Positions 38,260-51,100 of a stretch of DNA of 64,000 nucleotides are shown piece after piece. Position 1 is the stretch's first letter, and the number at the start of each line of letters is the position of its first letter. Source of the DNA: Sarea resinae (Eukaryota); contig JAPEUD010000003.1 in the NCBI GenBank assembly GCA_026026165.1, positions 1 through 64,000 of the forward strand, in the 5' to 3' direction. A program made the position numbers and the translations under genes. The notes beneath the pieces were generated by a model. The model worked only from the letters and a program-made list of their open reading frames with translations, searched no databases and was not told the origin of the DNA.

Positions 38260-38857
38260 TGAAAAAGCAGAGGACCCCGGGCCTCTAGCTGAAGAAAACC
38301 GAGAGGTTTTGGTAGGGACTCCTCGAGAGTCCTGAGCTTTTTGCCTTTTAGGGGAGGTGCCTGGTCGTGTCCCGCCTGTTTGGAGGAGGCGCGTGTTGAT
38401 GTTTTGCCTCTTTCGGAAAGGGGATGTTTACATCTGGCCGGGCGCCGTCGAACTTTATCCCGCGCCGCTAACCGTCCGCCGCCGGGTTCGATTCCCATCA
38501 AGAATCTCTTTTCTATTCTCTTATTTTCGCTCTGAATTTACTTCGGTACAGATGCGTCCAGGTGTCTTGTCGCGCGTGGGGTGTGTGATATTCCAATCGA
38601 ACGAACACTTCAGCAAGGATGAACGACGACGGCATCAGTTCATCTTTCAAGAGTATCTCATTCGTGTGTATTGCTGCCAGTGTGTCTCCGCACCTCTAGT
38701 CCTCTTCGCTGCAGAGAATCGAGATTTAGTTTGATGGAGATGTCATGACCAAGGGAATGACTGGCTTTGTTTGGCCTCTGAGGGCCGAAGGCATAGGTCG
38801 GTCCACATAACAGACCACACACGAATCGCGTCAAGTCCTTTCGAATATCATACATGG
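38260..38857 (+). ncRNA. Unidentified highly structured ncRNA candidate, possibly a large H/ACA-type RNA
   Basis: TATAAAA at 38234; several hairpins with GNRA/UUCG loops; long-range helix closing just before an ANANNA box (38713-38718); second hairpin domain followed by ACA (38852-38854); no credible ORF. Confidence 0.55.
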
Positions 38858-39322
38858 TCTATGCCAACTGGACACCTTCAATATTCGCTACATTTATGAC
38901 ACCCATTCTCCGCAAATGCCATAATAACCAGCCAATCTCTCCTGATTGTTGCGCCCACCTTCTCACCTGAGCCTACGGGTGTCATCGGCGGGAATTTCAA
39001 TGAACCGAACTGATAGGTGGGATCTTTAGCATGTTTGCGAACTCATGAAATCTTTTCAGTATAAAAAGGATATTGTACAATTCAATCCACGAGTAGACTC
39101 GGAAGAAGCCAAAACCCCTGCTATACCGCATGTAATGACGCAGTAGCGGAAATGCCCAACGCCAAATTCCCAAAGGCGACTGTCATACACAATTCTAGAA
39201 GTCCAATCGCGATAAACGGAAAAACACCAGTACAACAACCCAATCAACCAGACAGGGCCCGAACAAAAGGCCAAACACCCTTCCCGTACGTAATCAATGT
39301 ACAAGAAAAGAACAAAACAACC

Positions 39323-42300
39323 TCAAGACAGGTAAACAGGAATACCATAGACTACTGGCGCCGCGCCGTTCAGATACCTCAGGACACACTCGTCTCTCGC
39401 TTTTGCAACAGCCTGGACCAAACTCGAGCACTCAGGTTCGTGTGACGAATCGATCCGACCACCGGGACGACTTCCGTGCAGCTTTGTCGCCTGGCCTCTT
39501 CCTCGACTTCTAGCTCTCTCCTTCCCCTTCCCCTTCCCATTTCCATTTGCCTTTCCTTTCACTCCATCTGGAACTTCCGCCACACCATTAAAAAGGCCCC
39601 AGCGCTCCAATGCCCCTACAGCGAATCGATCGATATCTTTGTCCGTAACATCCCAAAGCGTCGCTACGAGAGCAGGGCAGCCCGCATGCGCATAGCTCAT
39701 TGGGGTACCGTAGGGCTCAAATTCTCCGGCTTCGGTGAGAGAGCCAGACGAACAGCCCATAAGAAAGGCAACGGCGCAATGTGGCAACTTCTTGATGGTG
39801 CGAGAGCGAATGAACTGGGCACCAGAGCCGTGGCCAAAGTAAAGGTAGAGAGAGCGGGTGGAAAGAGCAGTTTCGAGCTCGGACTCTGTGGGAGATCGAT
39901 TGGTTATGGAAGTCCAGGTGGTAAGCCTTTGAGCAATGTGGTTAGTGAGCTATTCCCATGTAATTGAGGCTCATGACATACTTGGATAGAGGCTCCTGGA
40001 AGGTGTTTTGTGTGGATTTAAGGTCGCCTGAGGGATTAAGAATGTAGGTGCCGTCGTTCCGATCTACATAGAACCGTTCTGGTTTGTCTAGGCCTGCCTT
40101 TGCGCGTTGGGCGAAGATACGGTCGCGCAGGCAACCAAGGGACGGCATTCTAGAGACAGATACACCCTCTAGACATGGCATTGACTCCCATGGGAAGACG
40201 TGCAGGCGCTTGTCGAGAATTAGAATAATGTGCTGCTTAGTGCTGTCCTCTGCTTGAGCCTTGGCGGCTTCATGGTAGCATCGTAGCGCATCCTGGGTTT
40301 CTACGACGATCTGTGACGATATAAGCAGATGGCCTCGATCGGTATGAAGTACTCTTACCGAATCAAAATCTATTTCATCGTACGCATTGCGCTCTCCGTG
40401 GTATTGAAGGATGTCCACAACAAAGTAAAGCAGATCGGTCAACTCTTCGTCCAAGTCAACATCCTCAGCGGTTGCATTACCGAGCCCGACGAAAAGTTCA
40501 AGAATTCGAGGGTCTAAAACGATATTTCCGATTTTATGCCGTTTGTTCGTCTTCTGTCGAGAAGGAAGATACTTGTCCAAGATGTTGTGGAATGACAATT
40601 GGAACCGCGAGAGTAGCTCGGGCTGACGTTTCTGCTGAGAGAAGATACCTCTGAAGCCGCCTAGCCAAATATGCTCCATATTCATCAAAAGATCTTTGAG
40701 GCGTGCATCGAGAGCCTCTCTCTCGGCCCACCACTCCGATTTTGCTCCACTCTGCGTCATGTCCCTGGCGTCGTGTGTGCTAGAGTTTGCCAAGTCTATG
40801 ATCTGCCTAAGCTCCTCTTTTCCTTCATTGAAGTCGAATCCTTCTTCGTCGAAGTCTCGAGATTTCTGTCTCCCCAAAGGAAGCCTTAGCAGAAACGGGC
40901 TCTGTCCAGCACGAAGTCTTGAGATGTTGAGTTCATCATGAGCTTCACTTAATGAAATTGACACTGCGGTCCAGCCTTCGGGTATAATATCAATAAAGTC
41001 GTTCTGGAAACCTGCACATTCCCATGAACTCGCCATTTCTTTGCGTTGGTCATCGATGCCATCCAGAGATACTGGCCATTTCAGCAAGTCGGCATGAGAT
41101 GTTGGGTCCGCGTCTAGCTGAATTGCCATTTTTTCTCGTTCAACGGAGATGGTCCTGGCTATTTCTGTAGACAGTATTAGCATGTCTCTTAGGCATTCGC
41201 ACATTCATCTTACCCATGGAGTACGCAGCTAACGCTGGATGGATGTTCATTTTGGATCGATCCAGCGCTGCAGCGGAGATGAACATAACAATGCTGCTTA
41301 ATGCCATCGATATTTTGTGGATTGTTGAGGTTGAGCAGACTCGGACGGCTGCGGCAAGACCCTCACACACGTTCTCATGTGCCTGGCAAAGAAGATCCGC
41401 AAAACTTTCATTCTTTGGAGCTCTAGACACGTTACGCTTGACAGCGGTAGGCTTTGTCGCTCTGTTCCTCGAGGGTGATCGCCTTCCCGCCCTACCAGTA
41501 GCCGAATCTGTGCCTTCTGAGTCGTCTTTCCTCGATAACGCAACGGACGGGAAGGAAATTGTTGACTCAGGTAGAAAACAGAAAACCGGGTCGGATACTA
41601 GGTCTTCCAGAGCTTGCTGTAACAACTGCCTGGCGTTACAGAGGCGCTGCTGGACGACATCTTCAAGGCCGCATGGGAGATCCTGAGCCTCGGCAAGCAA
41701 AGAAGTGGCAGATTCTATGTCCTGCTGCGAAAGCATTGTGAAGGCTTTGCGCCGAAGTAGATCTCCCCTAATCCTTAAGAGCTGAGCATACTCGCCTGAA
41801 ACGGATCTAGGAGCATCGTTTGAAGGCTTTAGAGACTTTGCTGACGGCTTTCTCTTGGTTGGAATGGTTGAAGGCTTAGGTCTACCTAGAGGTCTAGGCT
41901 TTCGAGAAGTGCTAGAGTCTCCAAAACTTAGCTTCGCCATCTGCTCTTCAATGCCGCCGTTTCCGGATGAAGAACCTGCCACTCCGCTCAAAAATGCGGG
42001 AGCCGTGAGCCCATCAAGCACTGCTTCGGCGTCACTGTAAGCTTTGTTTTCAGCATTCCAGTCTTTGTTCAGTTGGTGCATGCGTCCAAGCCAGCAATGA
42101 AGTGATATGGCTCTCTTGTTGATGCTTAGGCCTTCGGTCATCAACTCTGATTGCTTCAACATTTCCCGACCCTTCTCGATCTTTCCCCCCCTATTCCAGT
42201 AATCTCCGAGGAGAGCCAGATTATGAGCGATGAGAGGAAGTGCGTGTACCGCCTCGGCAACCTTAAGAGCTTGTTCGGCGTAGCATACTGATTCTTGAAG

Positions 42301-45300
42301 CATTCCCTGAATCGAGAAGAGATATGAAAGATGGTATATTGTCCGGTAGAGCGAAGGAACCAATGACCAGAATTGGGGGCCGTTCCGAGATTCATGTGTT
42401 GTAGAGATGACTGGGCAGCTTACGTCGTGAATAACTGTCAGAGATGATAACCCCGTAGCAACAGCTTCGACTTCCGAGTCGCTGGAGCTTGAAGTTTCTC
42501 GCTTTCCATTTCTGGTTGCCTTGCTCTCAAGGCCAGCCCAAGCTCTGTAGTTGAGTTTCACACTCTTTTTTGCATAGCAGATAGCTTGGTGTTGCTTTCC
42601 TTCTTCTAGGGCCAGAAGTGAATAGACATAATTTGCGTCCGCAATGAGTCGATTCAGTCTGACTCGCCCGCCTATCGTTGCTGAAGGGCCTGCATCTTTC
42701 AGAACCTCTGCTTTGTTACTCAGGGCAGTGGCGATATCAAGATGTTCGTGACTATGGAAGTTAGAACGGGTTGACCCTGGCAGGAAATGTATATTCAAAG
42801 GCCTACCTCTTCTCCATATTTCCCAACTCAATAAAGTACTCCGCGTACGCTAGATGCCAGCGCAACAAAGAATATACACCAGTTACCTCTTTTTCCGCAT
42901 ATTTACGCGCCTTAGCCAACATAAGACCAGCTTTTCCAGAATATCCGAGTCGTAGCAAGTTAAGACCCAATTCTGAAAGATCGGCCACTAGTGCGGTATA
43001 GTCGGCTGGCTCTTGTAACTCCATAGCTTCAATGATCATAGTCAAAGTAGGAGCCTTGAGTTCTTCCAGCCCTTGCACTTCAAAATAATCTGCAATAGTC
43101 CGCAACTGCAGAAGCCAGAGCTTTGTATCATCAATTCGCTCGATGATTGAAGACCAGTTTTCACAAGCTTTCAACAATGATGACCAGATCTCTAGAGCCT
43201 CTTTAAGTTCACGAATCGATGGACATCCGTCGCCGAGTGTCGAAGTCACAATGGACATAGCTCGAAGATGTGGCAGAAATCTCATTAAACCGGTGTCGTC
43301 CCCAGAAACGGCCGCCAGCGGTCGAGCAGCCTCACTGAAGAGACCCTCTATAAAGGATGGCCCGAAAAGTTTAGGATAGCTGGTATTGAGATTAAAGATT
43401 GCTATGACAACCCTCAAGCGGCGCACTGGATGGCATGCGCGATCATATACGTCAAGAAGCTTAGCGCTTAGGGGCATCAACGCAGCTTGAACTCGAGATG
43501 ACTGAGCTGAGGTTTGGAGCACAGCTATGACAACGTTAAATTGTGCTTCCAATAACAGTCCTCGTTGGTCGCTCTCTAACTTTTCGTCATCAAAGGGAGG
43601 AGAAACTATGGACCGGCCAGTCTCTTCTTTCAGCGTGGTTTTCACCAAAGCTGCAACTACCCGCCCCAAGATGCCTGTCTCTCCCTCCGTACTCCAGACA
43701 CCAGAGAGAGATTTTGTAGCTGCTTGAATTGTGGCACTGCGCAAAACACCGGTATTTATATGAGCGTTAATGGCTTCTGTATATGATTCTCTTGCTTCTT
43801 GTAGGCGTCCGGCATGTTGATACAAATTCCCGAGTCTCTCATGTTTAACGGCCAAAAACCCTGCGGTTTTCTCGATTTGCGGACGATCTCGGATAGCATC
43901 CACCGAACGACGCAAGCACCGGAGAAGCTGAGAATCAAGACCAGGCTGAGATCGCTTTTTCCTCTCTAGATAGTACGTCCAGTAGAGATTTGATACTTTC
44001 ACAAATGGGAGCTGCCTCTCGAGGCCGGACTGTGGTGGTGTGCGTTCTGATTCGTCGAGATTGGTTGCTACGGTCTGGAGGGTGCAGCATTCTTGCAGGG
44101 AGCCATCCAAAGTTTCCCAACTGAGACGATCATTTGAAACGTTATACTTCAGCAGAGCGCACAGAGAATCGATGCTCGCTGCTGAAGTGCGTCCAACAAT
44201 TCTCTTCCGCTGGTCGTATCGAGAACGAGCCTTAGTTCCGGCTTCAGGGACTGGACCGTTGCCAAGATATCGTAGAAGGAAGCGAACGTTAGTGTAAATT
44301 ATCGACTCGCATATTTCTCGTATATCAATTGCATTTGCTCCAAAATTGGTGGACGAAGACGAAAGACTGGATAGAAGTAGTGCAGCTGATTTCCGGAGGG
44401 ACGTGACCTCAACAACCAGATCATCTATGTCTTTAGAATCACCTTTTAGCGGTCCTTCAAGAGATTCCAAAGCCTTTGCCAATATTTCTTTGGTATTTTG
44501 GTTTGTAATCCCAAGACCTATTTCGCGGAGTTCCAAGGTCGCAAGCCTTACAGAGCAAAAGCACAATTTTGCATGTTGAGTAGGCCAAAAGTTGAGGAGG
44601 TCTGCTATTGCGGTTGTCCATCGTAAGGCTTTGTCGATATAGGATGCTTCTTGGCCAATTGACCCTAAGAACTTGTAGATACCATACAGTGTGGCGAAAC
44701 CCTTGGTATCTTTGTTGAGCTGGGTTATTGAGGAACATTTCTGGAGCCTCTCGAGCAGCTTGACCAGCTCTTTCTCAGCCAATTCGTATTTCCGACTTGC
44801 TTTTCCCTCAAAGCGGCGCGTAAACGCATTTAGACATCGAGCAAATGGATCCAAGATATCTTTCACCGCGTCTCCCTGGTGACCTGAGAGAGTCCACCAT
44901 AAAAGACGAAGTTCAAAAGCTAAGCTTTGTAGGCGGAAGGTTGTTTCCGGGCTCACAGCTTGTTTCGGATTCATCGCAGAAACATCATCGGAACTTGAGA
45001 TGTTTGGGCAAAGAGAGAGAACCACTTGAGCAAGCAATTCCAATTGGTGTGAGGCTTTGGTTTTTGACGAGTCGGTAGCGTATCTTAGAATTAAATTCGC
45101 AGGAGAGGAAGGATTAGAAATCTGTATAGTCTCGAAGACGGCAGAAACCAGCGCAGGCCGCCTGGTTGACGATATGATCTTCAATGTCTGCGTTTGCATC
45201 CCAACGACAAGCCCAATCACACCGGCTGATCCTTCAACTTGGCGAAATTGGATCAAGTCTGACAACGTCTCTTTTTTATTGACCATCCCTTTCCTCAAAA

Positions 45301-46102
45301 CGCTGCGGTCTTTCTTCGTTTCGGTCGGCTCACAGCATGAGGTTTCTAATAAGGTATCGATCCGCGTCCGTAGGATTCGAAGCTCTTTCGTAGCTAATTC
45401 ATCCAATCCCAGCGTGTGTAGTTTTGTAATAAGAGCAAGCATCCCATTTTCCAACTGCAACACCGGCATCGAAGACACTTTCGTGTTATCTGACTCTAAA
45501 GACCGTAGATATGCAAAACCGAGTCGCGCGCATTCTGCAACCGCAACTAACGATGACCCGGATGATGATGTTCTGGAACGAGCTGATGGCTTCGCTGGAG
45601 AGCTTGATAGTCGGTTAGGTGATCGAGTCCCCAAAGTGTCTCGAGGTATGGTAGTTGAACGTGGAGGAAGTTTCTTTGACGTGGTGCCGTCTTCGTCGAG
45701 TTGTATGATCTTTGGCGATACCTGTCGCTGATTCTCGGGAGGTGGTACCTTGACGGCGGCAGTAAGGGTCTTGAGAGAATTATTGATGACTTCTGTTGCA
45801 AGAACTGTTTTATCCCTCGAATTGAGCTGGCACTGCCGTTCTTCGTGGATTGCGATAGCGCCGACTTTGGAGCGGGCCCCAGCTTTGATAGATGTCCCGG
45901 CTCTGGCTCTCCCTTTGGTGGTCGATGATAGCTTCGACTTCCTTCCAGAAGCCACAACTTGAGCATGTGCGATAGCTTCTATTTTGGCATTGAGCAGCTG
46001 ATCAAGGACGCTCACAGTCGCTAGAGAGCAGGCCGAGTTTGTCGAAAGAGCTTGTTTGACAGCCTCAGCCTGGGCTCGCAACGATGGGTTATCGACAGCC
46101 AT
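39323..46102 (-). CDS. ESP1: Separase (Esp1/Cut1/BimB; peptidase C50; multi-exon)
   Basis: Very long helical N-terminal region, then LILDKRLHVFPWESMPCL, VSRMPSL, YILNPSGDL, catalytic YFGHGSG and LMGCSSG, TLWDVTDKDID, YLNGAAPVVYGIP. Confidence 0.97.
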
Positions 46103-46436
46103 CGTGCGGCAGAAACTTAAACAGGGGGCAAACAAGCATTCAGATTGGCATCTTTTGGGTGGTAGTGGCCGGCGTCGCCATCATTATTGCACGTCGTTTG
46201 AGGTCAAATCGGTGATCATTGCGGGCCTTCAAATCGCGACCATTGGCGTTGATCCTTTACCGCCCAAGAACACAAGCGAGCGGTTAACGGGGCAACAGTG
46301 TATGGGACATCGTCACTTTTCGTCCTTCACCGTCGACTGTGAACGGAACTTCCCATAGATGCATTACTTCTGTTCAACGTTCATTTGGCCTGCGATAATC
46401 CGTTTCCATCTCGGATATACTGCTTGAAGACCTAGT

Positions 46437-47222
46437 ATGGATTCACCAAGGCTCGTGGGTCATCTCTCTCGCGCCCCGCAAGCTCTTTTACAGTGTTTGT
46501 GTCTACAGCCGACCTCTCGGCCAAATCCGCGGATTTTCCGACTTCTTGCAAACGTCCCGGTGCGACAGCTTTCCTCGGGCCGGCCCTATCGAAGCGCCTC
46601 CTCGACGGAATCTCTCCCGAGAGTCGCACAGCCCTCTCTGTGGAGCTCTCTCGTGCCATCCTTCCTCCGCAATCGATCCCGGCATCCTTCGACTCCTACT
46701 CGTCCCAAAGCGAAAGAATGGAACCCTGCCACTTTCTACATCGTCATATTGCTCTTTATCGGTTCGCAAGCTATTCAGATGATCGCTTTGCGGCGGGAAC
46801 GTGTGAGCTTCAATAGGAAAGCAGATACCAGGATAGGCCTACTGAAGGAAGTCATTGAGCGGGTTCAGGGCGGCGAGGAGGTGAATGTCGAAGGCCTGCT
46901 GGGCACTGGAGACAAGGCAAAGGAGAAGGAATGGGAGGACGGTAAGAATCGAGGCCTTAAGGGTCACGATGGAGACTGATTCAGCGTGATAGTGCTACGG
47001 GAGCTTGAAGCCGAGGATGCCTTGTGGCAGTCGCGGTCTGGGGCAAAGAAGGGAAGGACGGTGGTGCAAGATGCTACGACAGAGCCTGCTGAAGCTAGGG
47101 CAATGGAGAGTGCCAGTAGAGGCGGAGAGGACCAGGGCAGGCAGATTCAGTCGGCAGCGCCGGGTCGAAATACTGACGCGACAGCTCCAAGAGAGAAGCG
47201 ACCACTCCGGGAATATTTCTGA
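46437..47222 (+). CDS. Predicted mitochondrial single-pass membrane protein (DUF5321-like); one intron from 46942
   Basis: Basic presequence-like N-terminus, EWNPATFYIVILLFIGSQAIQMIALR, LLKEVIERVQGGEEVNVEGLLGTGD, EWED|VLRELE. Confidence 0.8.
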
Positions 47223-47301
47223 AGGCCCTCGCTATGCAATCCCGCCACCCGTCTCGTCCCAAAAAGAGCACAGCGGAGATTCCTGAGCATGGCTAGCATG
47301 A

Positions 47302-47346
47302 TGGCTGGCTGGCTGGCTGGCTGGCTGGATGGATGGATGGATGGAT
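47302..47346 (+). repeat. Compound microsatellite (GGCT)n(GGAT)n
   Basis: Direct reading of tandem tetramers. Confidence 0.9.
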
Positions 47347-48113
47347 TTATTATGTGAGATTCACAAGATGGCCTTACAGCCAGAGCGTTCGGCGGACAAA
47401 AGTCAAACAGCAAGAACGTCAACTTGTATTTTCGAGTGTCGCTCCGACGGCATAGTGGCGAATCCATTGGTTGGTCCATTTGCACCTTGGACGAGCATTT
47501 GCGGTGTACGAACGGCCAAAGCGTACTGTGAGTACAGCGTACTCTGGGGTCCAGCACTGCTCCCGTAGTCGAGAGTCGATTTGGAATCGGCCATGCCAGC
47601 TCCTTATCACTCTCACCTGCCACATCTCCGATTGTTCTCTTTCATACCGCCACTGTGGTCTAATCCGTATTCCCACCTCTCGATAATACCATCGGTAGTC
47701 ACAGTGACCGTGGAGCGGTGAACGAAAGCTTAAAACTACTAACCTCCTCTATCTTCTGGCATGTACCAGGTACCTAGGCTGGGAGCATTAGCTATCGGTC
47801 GACGATAGTCACAGTGACTTACTTCTTCCCCCCCACCAACCTTCAAAGGTGACGGGAACTGGAAGCTCGATTGTCTCCAGCTACCTACCTCAACCTACCT
47901 GAACTCACCCACCTCACCTCACCTCACTTCTCCTCACCTCATCAACCACAACTTCATCGTACCCAATTCTGGTGCTGGTGCTGGCTTACTCAAGAAAGCC
48001 CCAGGATCCGATGGACGCCACCTAACACCCCAAGCCGGTATCCCTTTCCTCGTTCTACCCACGCATTTCCTGTAATCTGACCGACCTCAGGTCTAGCTTA
48101 GCTATTCGCTAGC

Positions 48114-51100
48114 ATGAAGCTCACCTTCCAAGATCGCCTACTCCGGCGAGAGCTCGGGGACACGTCGAGATATTCGGCCATCCAGGGGCTATACGGAGAC
48201 AGAAGTTTCGTCGATGACTTGGATATTGTGAATGAGCTTGGAGGTCACTCTGGCTGTGTTAACGCTCTCTGGTGAGTTACTTCTCGTGCTTCCTTTGTAC
48301 CGGTGGAATTCTCCTGTAGCTGACTCTGTGGCATCCCAGCTGGTCTCGATCGGGGCGACTGCTTGCCTCGGGCTCAGACGACCAGCATCTCAACATCCAC
48401 TCGTATCAGCCGGAATCCTCTAGCTCACCGTTCGCGCTTACGTCCACGGTCTCTACCGGTCACACGCAGAACATCTTCTCGGTCAAATTCATGCCACACT
48501 CCAACGATCGAACACTCATTACCGCTGCTGGCGATGCTGAAGTCCGAATCTTCGACATCGAATATGCAGGCCGTTCCACTACGCCATCGACAGCTTCGAA
48601 CTTGGGCTCTGCTGGGCGCAGTCAACGCTTCAACACATTGTACAATGGCGTTCGATATTTGAGCGATGGGGATACTAATGCTCGCGTTTACCGATCACAT
48701 TCTGACCGGGTGAAGCGCATCGTCACAGAATCATCGCCCCACCATTTCTTAACCTGCTCAGAGGATGGTGAAGTTCGACAATGGGACCTGCGGCAGCCCT
48801 CCTCAGCATATCCACCGGCTCGCCGGGCACAACGTTTCGGCCTCACATCTTCGAGAGACGACGACAGAGAAAGTTCAAACGTTCCCCCGCCTCTTATCTC
48901 ATACAAAAGACATCACTTGGACCTGAACACAATTTCGTGTTCTCCGAGCCAGCCACACTACATCGCGCTTGGTGGGGCACATCTTCATTGCTTCTTGCAC
49001 GATCGACGAATGCTTGGGAGAGATCTACTCCATGAGCAAGGACGAGAGAGCACGCCAGCATCCACAAGCGATAGCTCCTCATTTCGTGATGACGAGCTAC
49101 CAGGCCAAGCAACCAGATGCGTGCGGAAGTTTGCTCCCAATGGACTGAAAACCATGAAGCGAAGCGAAGAGCGTCACATCACAGCTTGCAAAATCAGTGA
49201 TGCAAATCCGAACGAGATGATCGTAAGCTGGTCAGGGGATTACATTTACAGCTTCGATCTTTTACGAAGTCCAGACGCAAGCGATGCAGATGGAAGAATG
49301 TCGGGAAATCTCAGCAGAGGAAATGGGCAGGGGAAAATGAGAGAGTCTCGTGATCGAAAGCGCAAAAGAGCTAAAACTGGGTCTGTCCTATCTGTGGAGG
49401 GTCGGGAACGAGCCGAGTCGCGACAAAGACAAAGCGGTGGCAATAACGGCGATCGAGAGCTTGCATTGAATGTACGATATGAGAACGGTCAACATGAAGA
49501 GATACCTGTTGGTCCTCCTACAATCATACAGGCTGGTTCATTCAATCAAATGGGAAGATCAACAGAAGACTTCTTGACCGATTCGCAAAAAAGGAGTGCC
49601 AAAATCGGCCGCAGCATTGTAAATATACGAAGGAACTTGTTCAATCCAGTTCATGCGGAACAAGCATCGAGTTCTGCGTCGAGTGCTCAGTCGAATACAG
49701 AGTCGGATACTCCATCTGAACCCCCGCCCCGTACCCCTAACTTTGAAATTTCCTCCGTCTTCGAATCGGCTATGGCTATCCTTCCGGAAATGGAAGATAT
49801 CATGCGTACTTGGAGATACCCTGTCAATCCAGATGAAGAAGACGTCATTTTTCAGCGGACATTACGAAGTGACCGAGAGGCGGCTCGTCGATTTGTCCAG
49901 GCAGCGGGCACTCTTGCATTTGTAATTGGTGGTAGACAAACTCCTTGGGATGAAAGCGAGCAAAGTGATATGCCATTTCGGGAAATCACGCCCTCTCCAA
50001 ATGAGGGCAACTCGTTGGATCGTTCGGCACAATTTAATTACGATTTTCTCAAAGCCGTCCTTCTCTGGCTGGGAGGTGGACCTACTGAAATCCTCCGAGG
50101 CTTCAAAAGACCTGTGGACCAAAGAAATGATAGCCCACGGTTTCCAGTGCCTCGAGATGCAGATTTGTCTGCAATTGATGATATTGTGCTTCCTTACCTT
50201 TTACAATTAGCAGGAGACCGTCCGATCCTAAATGTAGATGCGTCGAGATTATTGAAAGACGAGCATCGAAGGATATTTGAAACGGAGACTTCTGCGGTGA
50301 TTGCTTTTGGTCGTGCGATCAGAATTCCATTCGCAGACCCTTCCAATGTGGCTATGCCCGAACCCTCCGAATCGGACGATCCCAACTCGACATCTATATC
50401 CACACGAGATAGAGGTGCTGCAATGAGATTCTGGGGGGAGAAAGTCGCCAGAGGTTTGCTTATGAGTGCCGGCAATGGCGTCAATTATTCTTTCGTAGAT
50501 CATGCTTTTGGTGGCATAGGTATTGCGGACTACGAAACCCGTGAACATGAAAGATCTATGGAAGATATTGACCCTGATGAAGAGGATGATATTGTCGAGC
50601 ATGTTGATCTACTGCAACGAAGACGGCGCCGGGGAGCTGGAGAAATTGAGATAGAAGAATATGGATCCGATGCAGATATGAACTCCGCTGGTGGACCCAG
50701 CAGCGTCTCGGAGGCAAGAGAAGACGAGGGCGAATACGATGAGGATGACGATGAGGATGACGACGACGATGAGGATCCAGATGAAAGGCCATTCATGTGG
50801 CAGGCCACGTTCGAGCGTAGACAAATGCGGAAAGGGGTCGAAGAGAATGTTCCCTGCTCATCACATACACGACAATATCGTGGACATTGCAATGTCAAGA
50901 CAGTCAAAGACGTCAATTTCTTCGGCTTACAGGATGAGTACGTGGTCAGTGGAAGTGACTCTGGACATGTATTCATCTGGGACAAAAAGACGTCGCAGCT
51001 AGTCAACATCCTCGAAGGCGATGGGGAAGTTGTCAATGTCGTTCAAGGTGAGGTTCATCACCGATCAACTTTACCCTATACTGATCCATTATGTCTAGGC

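Noticed and set aside
38340..38352. GCCTTTTAG resembling U5 loop 1
   Set aside because: Last base differs from GCCTTTTAY, and there is no convincing U5 stem or Sm site.
38465..38480. CTAACC as a possible telomerase RNA template
   Set aside because: Continues CTAACCGT, not CTAACCCT; the interval is also short for a filamentous-fungal telomerase RNA.
38485..38495. GGTTCGATTCC, a tRNA T-loop/B-box match
   Set aside because: Only a 3-bp T stem, and no acceptor, D or anticodon arms; it can instead pair with GTCGAAC at 38447. Not called a tRNA.
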